Source: an uncultured Clostridia bacterium (GTDB lineage: Bacteria; Bacillota; Clostridia; TANB77; CAG-508). Taken from it: 64,000 nucleotides of DNA. The stretch is from the NCBI GenBank assembly GCA_949443285.1, contig CASSLW010000005.1, forward strand, positions 19,588 to 83,587, in the 5' to 3' direction. Position numbers and translations under genes: made by a program. The notes beneath the pieces were generated by a model that had not been told where the DNA came from, did not search any database, and saw only the letters and a program-made list of their open reading frames with translations. This document shows positions 1-9,953 of the stretch, piece after piece. Position 1 is the stretch's first letter; every line of letters starts with the position of its first letter.

Positions 1-1
1 A

Positions 2-286
2 GAGCTGGATTTTGCACGTTATTTGAGTGATAATGGTATTCCTATTTGGATTAGACAGGTTCTTATTCCTGGTATTACTGATAGCGAAGCTGATTTGCTT
101 AAATTGAGGGAGTTTGTTGATAGTTTGAAGTCTGTTCAAAAGGTAGAATTTCTTCCTTATCATAATTTGGGTGAGTTTAAGTGGAAGAATCTTGGTTTTA
201 AGTATGAGTTGCAAGGTATTAGGCCTGCTACTGATGAAGATGTTGATAGGGCAAAAGAAATTTTAAAAAAAGCCAGTAGATTATAA
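2..286 (+). CDS. pflA: pyruvate formate-lyase activating enzyme (radical SAM), C-terminal part; the 5' end lies outside the window
   Basis: The frame is open from base 2. The block IWIRQVLIPGITDSE...VEFLPYHNLGEFKW is typical of the PflA C-terminus, and a hairpin terminator follows. Confidence 0.8.
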   Translation, partial: ELDFARYLSDNGIPIWIRQVLIPGITDSEADLLKLREFVDSLKSVQKVEFLPYHNLGEFKWKNLGFKYELQGIRPATDEDVDRAKEILKKASRL

Positions 287-304
287 GTTCTACTGGCCTT
301 TTTT
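272..304 (+). terminator. rho-independent terminator of pflA
   Basis: Stem gccagtaga/tctactggc (272-280 and 289-297) is followed by a T-run. Confidence 0.7.
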
Positions 305-337
305 ATGATGCATTTTCCCTCTGTCCCAAAAATGATT

Positions 338-1273
338 TTACATACCTAATAATTTTAATTCTACATCTTCCATTTTATATTTACCATCAACAAGTTTAAA
401 CTCAACCAAAGTACTCTCCAAAGTCTCCTTATTTTGTCTCAAATCAGTTGTAAAATACAACTTAATTTGTGGTATTTCAACTTGTTTAGTTATAATCTCT
501 TTAAAAGTCTCCTTCATATGCATTTCATCTTCACAAATCAAAATCAATTGTGGCATTGTTGAAAAACCAGAATCACCTTGTACAAAATTCTCATAAAAGT
601 CTTTATACAATCTCATTTTATCAACAAGCTTCTTTTCCCAGTCTGGCTCTCTTCTAACAGCTTCAAATACAAATTGAATTGTTTTTCCGTTTTTTGTTAG
701 TTTTACTCCACCACCTGTTGCTTTAAATATCTTTCCTGCTACTTTTGCTGTAAGCGCTGGTTTTACTACATAGCTATCAAAAGCTTTTACTTTTCTTAAA
801 TAAGCTATTAAAGTTTGGTTTCCAGCTAGTCTTTTCTTTATCATTGCTACTGGTTTTGTGTTATCAGAAGGTTGCCATTTACATTCTACTTCTTTTGAGT
901 TTAATAGGTATTTTCCCATTTTTTCCATACAATAAATTCTGTAAATTCCTTTTCCTTCTTCTGATGTAAAATAATATCTTGTTAATATTTTTGATTTTAC
1001 TAATTGCTCTAATTTATTATTTAATTTATCTTGTGATTTTGGGTCTATTCCTTTTATTTCAAGCATTTGGAATAGTTGTCTTGATGTGATAAATTCAAAT
1101 TCATTTACTAAGTCTAATATTGCAAAGTGAATTTCGTTTATATGACCAATGTTTATCTTATGTACTATTTGGTTCATTGACACGTATCCGTCTTTTCCGT
1201 CAAATGTTTTGATTTCTCCTTCTCTTATTGCAAAAGGTGATACTTGTGCTTTTATGTTATTATCTTCAACCAT
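338..1273 (-). CDS. hypothetical protein, possibly replication-relaxation family (N-terminal winged helix)
   Basis: 311-aa ORF with normal composition. The N-terminal INEIHFAILDLVNEFEFITSRQLFQML resembles the wHTH of Replic_Relax proteins. This assignment rests only on recalled pattern similarity. Confidence 0.45.
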   Translation of the reverse strand: MVEDNNIKAQVSPFAIREGEIKTFDGKDGYVSMNQIVHKINIGHINEIHFAILDLVNEFEFITSRQLFQMLEIKGIDPKSQDKLNNKLEQLVKSKILTRYYFTSEEGKGIYRIYCMEKMGKYLLNSKEVECKWQPSDNTKPVAMIKKRLAGNQTLIAYLRKVKAFDSYVVKPALTAKVAGKIFKATGGGVKLTKNGKTIQFVFEAVRREPDWEKKLVDKMRLYKDFYENFVQGDSGFSTMPQLILICEDEMHMKETFKEIITKQVEIPQIKLYFTTDLRQNKETLESTLVEFKLVDGKYKMEDVELKLLGM

Positions 1274-1301
1274 TTTTGTTCTCCCTTCTAGAACTTTAAT
1301 T

Positions 1302-1808
1302 TTATACTATTAATAATTTAACCTTTTTCTTTTCTCTATCAATTTTTTTGATGTATACATCTACATCTTGTCCATATTGATAGCCTTCTTGGTACTCTGC
1401 CATTCCTACTAAGTTTGGTGTAAGTTCTATAAATATTCCGTTTTTGTTTTTTTCTGTTTCTCTTATTTTTCCTTTTACTTTGATGCCTTGTGTGAATTTT
1501 TCAGCATTCTCTTCCCAAGTTCCTAGTGTTTCTTTATATGATAATAATATTTTGTCTTGTTCCCTGTCAATATATTTTACCACAACATCCACTTTTTGTC
1601 CAATTTTTAGTCTTTCGTATGGTGTTTTTATTCTTGCTACCGACAAATCTTTTATATGCACTAATCCTACTTTTCCATTTCCAATGTCCACGAATGCTCC
1701 ATATGGCTTTATATTCTTAACTTTTCCTTCAACTTTTTGTCCAACTTTTAACTCTTCATTTACAGTGCTATCAATCACTTCTTGATGTTCAAACTTTCTT
1801 GTAATCAT
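1302..1808 (-). CDS. S1 RNA-binding domain protein (two S1/OB repeats)
   Basis: GQKVEGKVKNIKPYGAFVDIGNGKVGLVHIKDLS and a second S1-like repeat. Confidence 0.8.
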   Translation of the reverse strand: MITRKFEHQEVIDSTVNEELKVGQKVEGKVKNIKPYGAFVDIGNGKVGLVHIKDLSVARIKTPYERLKIGQKVDVVVKYIDREQDKILLSYKETLGTWEENAEKFTQGIKVKGKIRETEKNKNGIFIELTPNLVGMAEYQEGYQYGQDVDVYIKKIDREKKKVKLLIV

Positions 1809-1849
1809 TTGTTTTTCTCCTTTTATCTTATGTTTGTTTTATTATATCT

Positions 1850-2602
1850 TTAATGGTTGGATTTTTCAATATTTTCTTTTAATATTTTCTTAATTTCTTC
1901 ATCTTTTAAATATCTCCATTTTCCAAGAGGAATGTCTTTTACTCCAATTCCTGCTATTTTGCTTCTATGGAGTGCTAGAACTTTGTGGCCAACAGCTTCG
2001 CACATTTTTCTTACTTGTCTGTTTTTTCCTTCATGTATTGTTATTTCTAGTCTTGATTGATTTTTTTCTTCGTCTGTTTTTAGGATTTTTACTTTTGCTG
2101 GCTTAGTCAAATAGTATTCGTCAGTTTCTTCTATTTTTACGCCTTTTCTTAGTTGTTCAACTTCTTCATTTTTTACAATTCCGTTTATAGTAACTGTGTA
2201 TGTTTTATCTATTTCATGTTTTGGATGTGTTACCTTATACACAAAATCTCCGTCATTTGTCAAAATCAAAGCCCCAGAAGTGTACATATCTAGTCTTCCA
2301 ACTGGTACAAGTCTTTTATTCGTTTTTACTAAATCTAAAACCGAGTCTCGGTTGAACTGGTCTTTTGCAGTTGTAACATATCCAATTGGCTTGTTTAATA
2401 AAATGTAAACATATTCGTGTTGGCATTCTACCTTTTTTCCTTGATATGTGACAATATCCTTATTCGGTTTTATTTTTGTTCCTAGCTCTGTTATAACTTT
2501 TCCATTTACAGCTACTTTTCCTTGAAGTATCAACTCTTCTGCTTTTCTTCTTGATGCTATCCCACACTCTGCTAGGTATTTTTGTAATCTTACTTCTTCC
2601 AT
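1850..2602 (-). CDS. rluB: pseudouridine synthase, RsuA/RluB family (S4 domain plus catalytic GRLD)
   Basis: LQKYLAECGIASRRKAEELILQGKVAVNGK (S4 domain) and GRLDMYTSGALILTNDG. Confidence 0.85.
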   Translation of the reverse strand: MEEVRLQKYLAECGIASRRKAEELILQGKVAVNGKVITELGTKIKPNKDIVTYQGKKVECQHEYVYILLNKPIGYVTTAKDQFNRDSVLDLVKTNKRLVPVGRLDMYTSGALILTNDGDFVYKVTHPKHEIDKTYTVTINGIVKNEEVEQLRKGVKIEETDEYYLTKPAKVKILKTDEEKNQSRLEITIHEGKNRQVRKMCEAVGHKVLALHRSKIAGIGVKDIPLGKWRYLKDEEIKKILKENIEKSNH

Positions 2603-3514
2603 TTACTTATCTAATTCCTTTATTATTTTTTGTAGATATTCTGGCAATTCCGCTTCTAAAAACATTTCCTTTTGAGTAATTGGATGCTTGAATTCTAAGC
2701 TTTTTGCGTGTAAGCATTGACCTTGCACTTCCCACTTGTTTTTACCTGAGGAATATGTTGTGTCTCCAATTACAGGATATCCTATTTGTGATAAATGTAC
2801 TCTAATTTGATGTGTTCTTCCTGTTTCAATTCTTACTTCTAGTAATGTACAATTTTCGTTTGGATATCTTTTTATTACTTTAAAATGAGTAATTGCTTCT
2901 TTTCCATTTTTAGTTACTGCCATTTTCTTTCTGTCTTTCGTACTTCTCCCAATTGGCATATTAATTGTAGCTTCATTTTCTTTTACAATTCCCCTTACTA
3001 AAGCGATATATGTCTTTTTTACTGTGTGATTTTTTATTTGCTCACTCATATTTATGTGTGCTTTGTCATTTTTCGCAACAACTAAAATGCCTGACGTATC
3101 TTTGTCTAATCTATGAACTATACCTGGTCTTATTTCTCCGCCAATTCCTGATAAAGAGTCTTTGCATATTGCCATTATGGCATTTACAAGTGTTCCGTCT
3201 GGATTTCCATTTGCAGGATGAACAACAAGTCCTTTTGGCTTGTTTACTACGATTATATCATCATCTTCATATATTACTTCTATTGGTATATCTTGTGCTT
3301 TTAGGTTGATTTCTTGTGGTTTTTCTTCTTCTTGTGTTATTTTATCATTTTCTTGCACTTTATATGATGCCTTTGTTTTTTTGCCATTTACTAGTATCTT
3401 TTCTTCTTCAATCAATCTTTGTATTGCTACTCTTGATATATCTTCGTTTTTGCTGCTTAAGTATGCATCAATCCTTTTTCCTGCTTCTTCTTGTTTAACT
3501 ATAAATTCTTGCAT
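2603..3514 (-). CDS. rluD: RluA/RluD family 23S rRNA pseudouridine synthase
   Basis: S4-like N-terminus and the HRLDKDTSGILVVAKN catalytic motif. The gene abuts rluB. Confidence 0.85.
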   Translation of the reverse strand: MQEFIVKQEEAGKRIDAYLSSKNEDISRVAIQRLIEEEKILVNGKKTKASYKVQENDKITQEEEKPQEINLKAQDIPIEVIYEDDDIIVVNKPKGLVVHPANGNPDGTLVNAIMAICKDSLSGIGGEIRPGIVHRLDKDTSGILVVAKNDKAHINMSEQIKNHTVKKTYIALVRGIVKENEATINMPIGRSTKDRKKMAVTKNGKEAITHFKVIKRYPNENCTLLEVRIETGRTHQIRVHLSQIGYPVIGDTTYSSGKNKWEVQGQCLHAKSLEFKHPITQKEMFLEAELPEYLQKIIKELDK

Positions 3515-3533
3515 TTTTGCTTCCTTTCTTGCT

Positions 3534-5207
3534 TTATTTAACCTCGTCTGTTACTCTTTCATAAATTACAAAATTATCGTCACTGTATAGTTCTTTGTAT
3601 TTTTTGTCTTGTGTTTTTGTTATAATCATATTCATTTTTGAGTTTTTATAGTTTATAACATGTGTTATTCCATACTTTTCCATTATATCTTCATAAAATG
3701 TTCCGATGTTTGATGTATCAATGAAATCGCTGAATATATCCTCTTCTTTTCCACTAAACTCTGGCGCATATAAATCTGCTCTAGAATCTATGAACACTGG
3801 GATTCCTCTATATAACATATAACTTCCATAATTATATTCATTATAGAATTTTGCTTTGCTTAAATCAATGTTTTCTATTATATAGTTGCATGCTTGCACC
3901 GGATAATCTGCTTCGTTTATATATTGGTCTTTTACCTTGTCTTTTGCCATAAAATAGCTAAGACTTAGGGTTATAATTGAAAATATTAAACATGCTATTG
4001 AACTTTTCATATCATGTAATAATTTTTCTCTTTCTTCTTTATTATTATATATTGTAATTATTTCCATTACTAATCTGTTTAATATAAAAGCCCCCATTAA
4101 GACAAACATTGTAGCTTGTCTTTTAGTTGCTAACATTAAATAAAGTAATCCGCCTAACATAAATAAATCACTTAGTCTTATTTTTGCTTTTGTAAATGTT
4201 AATATCGCTAGAAATATCACTAATGTACACATTATTCCGATATCATTTGCTAAAGTCATTGGTAAATGTTCATTTATATTTTGGGTTGTATTACCTTGCA
4301 TTGTTTTTACTAAATAAGTATATGGTGTATCTCCTAAAGGTGTTAATAATCCTGTAAATATGCAAATTAACATAACTAAAATTAGCCACTTTACATTATC
4401 ATTTTTATTAATTTTAATCTTGTATGAGTTTTTTAACTCTTTTGCTCTTTTTATTTTTATCTTGTCAACTTTTTCTTCTAATTGTTGCAATTCTTCTTGC
4501 AATTTCTTTAATTTCTCTTCATTCTCTAATTTCTTAGTTGCATTTTTTATTTTACTTTTTAGCCTTCTAATCTTAATTTTTCTATATAATATCGTCTCTG
4601 CTAAAATTGCAATTACATATTCTCCTATATATGGTAAATATAGCACAAAATAGAACGGAAATACCGCTAAATGTAGATTTGCAATTAAAATTGGAATTAT
4701 AATCAATCCAACCGCATATCTTTTCTTTTTAGTCTCTAAGAATTTTTCAATAAAGAAAATTGTTAGTACAAATAGTATAAATGTCACTAATTGCGCCCTT
4801 GCTGCTATATAATCTCTTATTAAATACATAACTCCTATTGTTATAAAAAACGAAAATGTTTGGTTTTTGATTATTTTTGTATTTGTAAAATAGATTGTAA
4901 TTCCTAGAATCGCTGATAATATGCATGTTGCAATATATATTCCTGTCAACCCAAACGCATCATATATAAAATATGTTATCAAATCATATAGCCAATGCGG
5001 ATATGTGTATGCTAAATCTTCATGCCACGAAAATGGGTCTTGCATATCTATTCCGTTTTGTGTTATATGCTCCCCTATTCTTATGGTGTAAAAAGTATCG
5101 TTTTGTAGGCTTATTGGTGTTATTGCTATGCAGAATATTGCAATTAATATTACTGCCATTATTGTAAATCTAACATTCTTACTAATTTTTGTTTTTCTCT
5201 CTTTCAT
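3534..5207 (-). CDS. polytopic membrane protein with a central Lys/Glu coiled-coil insert; possible GT-C-type glycosyltransferase
   Basis: 557 aa with many predicted TM segments and a charged block RRLKSKIKNATKKLENEEKLKKLQEELQQLEEKVDKIK. Function was not recognised. Confidence 0.55.
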   Translation of the reverse strand: MKERKTKISKNVRFTIMAVILIAIFCIAITPISLQNDTFYTIRIGEHITQNGIDMQDPFSWHEDLAYTYPHWLYDLITYFIYDAFGLTGIYIATCILSAILGITIYFTNTKIIKNQTFSFFITIGVMYLIRDYIAARAQLVTFILFVLTIFFIEKFLETKKKRYAVGLIIIPILIANLHLAVFPFYFVLYLPYIGEYVIAILAETILYRKIKIRRLKSKIKNATKKLENEEKLKKLQEELQQLEEKVDKIKIKRAKELKNSYKIKINKNDNVKWLILVMLICIFTGLLTPLGDTPYTYLVKTMQGNTTQNINEHLPMTLANDIGIMCTLVIFLAILTFTKAKIRLSDLFMLGGLLYLMLATKRQATMFVLMGAFILNRLVMEIITIYNNKEEREKLLHDMKSSIACLIFSIITLSLSYFMAKDKVKDQYINEADYPVQACNYIIENIDLSKAKFYNEYNYGSYMLYRGIPVFIDSRADLYAPEFSGKEEDIFSDFIDTSNIGTFYEDIMEKYGITHVINYKNSKMNMIITKTQDKKYKELYSDDNFVIYERVTDEVK

Positions 5208-5263
5208 AACTTGTCTCCTTGTTATTTGTTTTGTGTTTTGATTATATCAAAAAAAAATAAAAA

Positions 5264-5393
5264 TTGCCATAGGGGACGGTCCTTTTTGGCAATTTTTTGC
5301 CATTTTCCTCTGTCCCTGTTGGCAATTTTTTGCCACTGGGGACACTCCTTTAGGGCAAAAAAAGAGACAGAACTTTTTTGCCCTGTCCCAAAA
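5264..5393. repeat. GTCCCC-core hairpin repeat array (copy B, TTGCCA/TGGCAA stems)
   Basis: ttgccataggggacggtcctttttggcaa, tggcaattttttgcca, ttgccattttcctctgtccctgttggcaa, gccactggggacactcc. Fills the intergenic gap. Confidence 0.7.
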
Positions 5394-5397
5394 AGTT

Positions 5398-6102
5398 TTA
5401 TACAGCTTCTTGATTTTCTGTTTCTATTTCGTTTTCTTCGCCTTTTTCATCTATTACTTCTAGGCTTCCTACTGATACTTCGTATGCTATTCTTGTTTCT
5501 ACGCTTCCGTCTTCGTGTTTTTTCTCATATGTTCTTGATTGTACTCTTCCGATTACTTTTACTTGTGAGCCTACTTCTAGGTTTTGACAAAATCTTGCTG
5601 TTCTTCCCCATGCTATACATGGAATGTAGTCTGATTTGTTATATGCTCTATTTACTGCTAGTAGTAAGTCTGATATTTCTCTTCCAAATGGTGTTTGTCT
5701 GTATATTGGTTTTTTACAGATGTACCCTACTAATACTACTTCGTTTGTTATTGTTTCTTTTTTTACTATTTCGTTTTCTTCTTCTTCAATTTCAGTTTCT
5801 TCTAATTCAACTATGTCTTTTGCAAATACTGTTAGTATTAGTCTGTTTTTTTCGTTTTCATAGCTGTTGTATGATCTGAATTGTCCTTTTATTAATAGTT
5901 TTTTACCTTCTTGTAATGTTTCTTCTTGTAATAGTCTTTCTGATACTGTGATTGGTATTATGTCGCTGTTTCCGCTTAGTCTTGGTATTTCCAAGTTAAA
6001 TACGTAAAAGCTTTCTCCATAAATTTCGTGACTGAATTTTTTCTCTCCTGTAACTTTACCTACTAATGTTAAGTAGTTGTTTTCTAAATAATTTGTATCC
6101 AA
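5398..6102 (-). CDS. SSB-like protein with two OB folds joined by an acidic linker
   Basis: Two segments (LVGKVTGEKK..IKGQFRSYN and LVGYICKKP..VIGRVQSRTYE) show SSB-like beta patterns, with an acidic linker and tail. Confidence 0.55.
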   Translation of the reverse strand: MDTNYLENNYLTLVGKVTGEKKFSHEIYGESFYVFNLEIPRLSGNSDIIPITVSERLLQEETLQEGKKLLIKGQFRSYNSYENEKNRLILTVFAKDIVELEETEIEEEENEIVKKETITNEVVLVGYICKKPIYRQTPFGREISDLLLAVNRAYNKSDYIPCIAWGRTARFCQNLEVGSQVKVIGRVQSRTYEKKHEDGSVETRIAYEVSVGSLEVIDEKGEENEIETENQEAV

Positions 6103-6263
6103 TTTCTTTTCCTCCCTATTTTTTATTTATCGGATGTTTCTTTGTGTCTTTATTTTTTGTATTTTTTTCTTTACGCACGTTTACCTACGTTTTTTATTAT
6201 ACAACATTTTTTTGGTTTTGTCTACATAAAAAGTTAATTTTCTTCAAAAAAGTTAGATTTTTC

Positions 6264-6767
6264 CTATATTTCATCAATTATGGGACAATTATATATTAAA
6301 AAAGTAATATATAAAATTAATATTTCATAGTTTTTTAATTTTGTTTCTTCTTTAACTTTTACTAATTTTTCCCCAACTTCAATTGTTTTTTCTTTATTAT
6401 TTTTAATGTTCCTTTGTACATATATTAAGATATCTCTATCTTTTATGCTTGATATTGTTACTGTTGCTTTTTGATTTAGCCCATATGTTATAATTTCTTT
6501 TTGGGGCTTTATTTTCGGATTATTTTCTATATTTATGTCTGTATTGATAAATACGTATTTTGAATTGTTACATATTTGCTCTATTACTTCTTTTTCTTGC
6601 TCAAATTTTTTTAAATTTACATCTATTATTATAGTTTCAAATTTTACGTTTTTGATGTTTTCTATGCTTTTTTTGTTAATATGAATTAGATTAATATCTT
6701 CATTTTTTAGTTTTTCTTTTATGTTTTCATAACTTTTACATTCTGACATTATTCCAATAAAAATCAT
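6264..6767 (-). CDS. hypothetical protein
   Basis: 167-aa ORF in an operon-like orientation; no motif recognised. Confidence 0.45.
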   Translation of the reverse strand: MIFIGIMSECKSYENIKEKLKNEDINLIHINKKSIENIKNVKFETIIIDVNLKKFEQEKEVIEQICNNSKYVFINTDINIENNPKIKPQKEIITYGLNQKATVTISSIKDRDILIYVQRNIKNNKEKTIEVGEKLVKVKEETKLKNYEILILYITFLIYNCPIIDEI

Positions 6768-6827
6768 TTACTATCCCCTTAAATGTTTTATATTTGTATT
6801 ATTTACTTTTTTACCATTTTTATACAT

Positions 6828-7628
6828 TTAATTTTTATTTTGTTGTTGATTGCTGTTTTGTATTTGTGTTCCATTGGCATTTATCGTGTAATTTTCTTTA
6901 TATATTAAATCTGAAATTGTCACTACTTCCAATCCTTTTGCCTTTATGTTTTTTATCAACATATCTAAACTTTCTGCTGTATGTTTTGTTCCATTATGAC
7001 TAAGTATGATATCCCCTTCTTTTATCTTGTTTTTTAATCTATCCCACATTTGTTCTCCACTTAGCCCTGTATAGTCTAGTGTGTCTAAGTTCCATTGTAT
7101 GCAATAGTTTTTTTCGTCTTGTACTGCCTTTACAACTGTATTGTTGTATTCTCCATATGGTGCACGGTATATTTTGTTTTCACTTCCTGTTATATTTTTG
7201 ATTTTTTCGTTTGCTTCTCTTATTTCTTTTACGTTTTGCTCATAGCTTAAATTGTTTACGTGTGGATGTGTGTTGCTGTGGCTTGCTATTTCGTGTCCTG
7301 CCTCGTGCATCTTCTTTGCTGCATCTGGGAATTTGTCTATCCAGTCTCCTACCATAAAAAATGTTATTTTTGTGTTATTATTTTTTAGTACTTCTAGTAT
7401 TTGATCTATATCATCTGCGTTCCATGCACAGTTCATTGTGAATGCTACTTTTTTCTCGCTTGTTTGTACGTTGTATATTGGTAATAGTTTTTGGTTGTTT
7501 GTTGCTGATGTTTCTATTGCATTGCTTTCGTTTAGTTTTATTGTGCTTGCTACTCCAAATAGAATTACTACTGTTAGTACTGAGACTATGTATGTGTATA
7601 TTTTTTGTTTGTTGAATACGAAAAACAT
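6828..7628 (-). CDS. polysaccharide deacetylase (NodB homology domain), PdaB-like
   Basis: FTMNCAWNADDI..ITFFMVGDW..HEIASHSNTHPH. The start was moved to the ATG at 7626-7628 because AAGGAGG lies 8 nt upstream. Confidence 0.8.
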   Translation of the reverse strand: MFFVFNKQKIYTYIVSVLTVVILFGVASTIKLNESNAIETSATNNQKLLPIYNVQTSEKKVAFTMNCAWNADDIDQILEVLKNNNTKITFFMVGDWIDKFPDAAKKMHEAGHEIASHSNTHPHVNNLSYEQNVKEIREANEKIKNITGSENKIYRAPYGEYNNTVVKAVQDEKNYCIQWNLDTLDYTGLSGEQMWDRLKNKIKEGDIILSHNGTKHTAESLDMLIKNIKAKGLEVVTISDLIYKENYTINANGTQIQNSNQQQNKN

Positions 7629-7762
7629 AAAAAAATTCCTCCTTAAGTTCATCTTCTTTTCATTGTATGCTTTTCCTAGCTAGAAAATAACCTTAATTTG
7701 TGGGCAAAAAAAAAGCTGCCAATGGAATAACCTTTTGACAACTTTTTCATATTTAGTTAATC

Positions 7763-8158
7763 TTAGTCATACAACTCATAGTTATGGTAATTTCTAGTAT
7801 AATTGTTGTTATTATTCAAAGTATCTGAAATTCCTGCTGCTACTCCAAATATAAATGCAAATACTATAATAGCAATAGAAATAATTAATCCGATAGAGCC
7901 TGTTACAAGCCCTGCTACTGCCATTCCTTTTCCTGTTGATTTAATACCTAATATACCAAATATAATTGCTAAAATAGCACATGGTATAGATATGTAAAAT
8001 ACACAGAATAGTACTAACGCAATAATTCCTAATACCATAGATGCAATGCAAAATCCTTTTCTGTCCTTTTTAGTTTCTTCTACTTTTTTTGTTTCTTCTG
8101 TATTATCAACTTCTTTTACTTCTACTACTTCTTTTTTCTCTTCGTCCATATCTACCAC
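7763..8158 (-). CDS. DUF4190-like small membrane protein
   Basis: Acidic N-terminus followed by GFCIASMVLGIIALVL..ILAIIFGILGI TM hairpins. Confidence 0.55.
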   Translation of the reverse strand: MVDMDEEKKEVVEVKEVDNTEETKKVEETKKDRKGFCIASMVLGIIALVLFCVFYISIPCAILAIIFGILGIKSTGKGMAVAGLVTGSIGLIISIAIIVFAFIFGVAAGISDTLNNNNNYTRNYHNYELYD

Positions 8159-8200
8159 TCCTTTCCCCTATATTTTTATTATACTATTCTTTCTTCTCTT

Positions 8201-8572
8201 TTACAACAAATTTCGAATAATTGTATAAATTATAAGTACAACTGCAAAAATTATGATATACCAATACTTTGGATATATACATGTACCTATTTTTTCCTTT
8301 TTATTTAAGTTAATTATATATACAAAGTTAAATATTAATAGGTATACTATTCCTATAAAAAATACCATATGTGAGAAAAATGCGTATATCAAATTTCCTT
8401 TTAATAAATATATCAAACATCTAGTTCCTCCGCATGCTGGACAGAGTATTCCTGTTTGATGGTATATCCAACATTGTGGTACTAATTTTATATATGTAGA
8501 ATTAACAAAAATATATAAAATAATAAAGATTATAATTTCAATCCCTATTATAAAGTTTCTTCTTTTCTTCAC
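8201..8572 (-). CDS. DUF2752 family membrane protein
   Basis: CPACGGTRC motif between TM segments. Confidence 0.6.
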   Translation of the reverse strand: MKKRRNFIIGIEIIIFIILYIFVNSTYIKLVPQCWIYHQTGILCPACGGTRCLIYLLKGNLIYAFFSHMVFFIGIVYLLIFNFVYIINLNKKEKIGTCIYPKYWYIIIFAVVLIIYTIIRNLL

Positions 8573-8707
8573 ATCTATTCCCCTTCTTTTCTATTATACA
8601 AAATATTTTTTAGAAATACTAGACAATTTTTTCAACTTTCTGCATTTTTCTTCATATGATATATAAAGTAACGTAAAAGTTACGAAAAAGAAAGGAATGA
8701 AAAAATT

Positions 8708-9208
8708 ATGGAAATGGATAATAAAAAAGGTTATTGCCCAATCCTTGATATAGATGGAGTAATATCAGGAGGAAAACAATTTGACTTAGACATCACTTTA
8801 CCAGAAGACAACCGTGATGTAATTTATGGAGTTGTTAAAAACTGCTTCAAAGAGCCAGTTGACAACGCTGTTGTTAAATTAATAGAAATCGTTTGTGAAC
8901 ACGGAAAAGAAGAAAGAAGACCAATCGGTCATACTTTCACAGATAAAGAGGGAGAATTCGTATTTGGACCACTATGTCCAGGTAGAGAATATGCTCTTCA
9001 AATTTGGGTAAATGACACTAAAAAAATTAAAATATGTGCAAAATGTCATCATGAAGGCAAATGCTTAAAAGGTGACAAACATGATAAATGTGATTGTTTC
9101 TTAGATTGCAAAGATGACTGCCATGATAAATGTCATGACAAATGCGACAAATGTGATAAAGACATGAGACCTTTAGATGCTGCTGACTTTGTAGAAGCTG
9201 AAATCTAA
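8708..9208 (+). CDS. carboxypeptidase-regulatory-like (prealbumin fold) domain protein with a Cys/His/Asp/Lys-rich tail
   Basis: VIYGVVKN..DNAVVKLIEI..FTDKEGEFVFGPL followed by CAKCHHEGKCLKGDKHDKCDCFLDCKDDCHDKCHDKCDKCDKD. Confidence 0.55.
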   Translation: MEMDNKKGYCPILDIDGVISGGKQFDLDITLPEDNRDVIYGVVKNCFKEPVDNAVVKLIEIVCEHGKEERRPIGHTFTDKEGEFVFGPLCPGREYALQIWVNDTKKIKICAKCHHEGKCLKGDKHDKCDCFLDCKDDCHDKCHDKCDKCDKDMRPLDAADFVEAEI

Positions 9209-9311
9209 TTATATAAGAACCTTACCTTCCTTAAGATTTAAAATTAGTAGTATTATATAACTAAAAGCAGGTATTGAGCTTAAAATAAGCCTAATCCCTG
9301 CTTTTATCTAT

Positions 9312-9452
9312 CTATATAATTCCCATTTTTCTTGCCATCTGTCTTCCTTTTTTAGTTAAAGCTCTTTTATTAACCATACCACTTTCTGCACATAGCATAA
9401 CAACACCTGTTGTTATTAATCCACCTATTACAACACCTTTAACAAACTTCAT
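9312..9452 (-). CDS. 46-aa small membrane protein (not in the ORF track)
   Basis: MKFVKGVVIGGLITTGVVMLCAESGMVNKRALTKKGRQMARKMGII. The RBS GAGGTGAG lies upstream, and a hairpin (aaagcagg/cctgcttt) lies downstream. Confidence 0.4.
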   Translation of the reverse strand: MKFVKGVVIGGLITTGVVMLCAESGMVNKRALTKKGRQMARKMGII

Positions 9453-9477
9453 AAAACTCACCTCTCTTTTTTATTTA

Positions 9478-9852
9478 TTATTTATAATTTTTACTATTTT
9501 TATACTCTTTTGTAATGGAATATATTTCATTTAAAGCTACTAGCGCTAAAAAAACACCAAAGCATTTTCTTAAGATACTAACATCAATATGCACAGAGAT
9601 TTCTGCTCCAATAATCGCTCCTAATATTCCAAAAATTGATATAATAACAGCCAATTTTAAATTAATATTTTTATTTTTTATATTAACAAGAATTGCCACA
9701 ATCGAAGTTGGAATAAAAAAAATCAAATTTGTTGCTTGCGCCATATGTTGCTCAATTCCCATAAAAAAAGTAAGGAAAAATATAAGTATGGTTCCGCCAC
9801 CCATACCCGTTCCGCTTACAATTCCTGATATAATTCCAATTAAAACTTCCAT
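9478..9852 (-). CDS. TauE/SafE (TSUP) family transporter, C-terminal 4-TM half
   Basis: MEVLIGIISGIVSGTGMGGGTILIFF. I chose the start at 9850-9852 because GGAGG lies 5 nt upstream. The longer track ORF runs into a repeat element. Confidence 0.65.
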   Translation of the reverse strand: MEVLIGIISGIVSGTGMGGGTILIFFLTFFMGIEQHMAQATNLIFFIPTSIVAILVNIKNKNINLKLAVIISIFGILGAIIGAEISVHIDVSILRKCFGVFLALVALNEIYSITKEYKNSKNYK

Positions 9853-9863
9853 GCTTTCCTCCT

Positions 9864-9945
9864 TGTCCCATGGGGACGTTTCTTTTGGGACATTTTTGTC
9901 CATTTTGAAACGTCCCTGATGGACATTTTTGTCCACTGGGGACAT
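9864..9945. repeat. GTCCCC-core hairpin repeat (copy C, TGGACA/TGTCCA stems)
   Basis: ttgtcccatggggacgtttcttttgggacatttttgtccattttgaaacgtccctgatggacatttttgtccactggggacat. Confidence 0.7.
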
Positions 9946-9953
9946 ATCTACCT

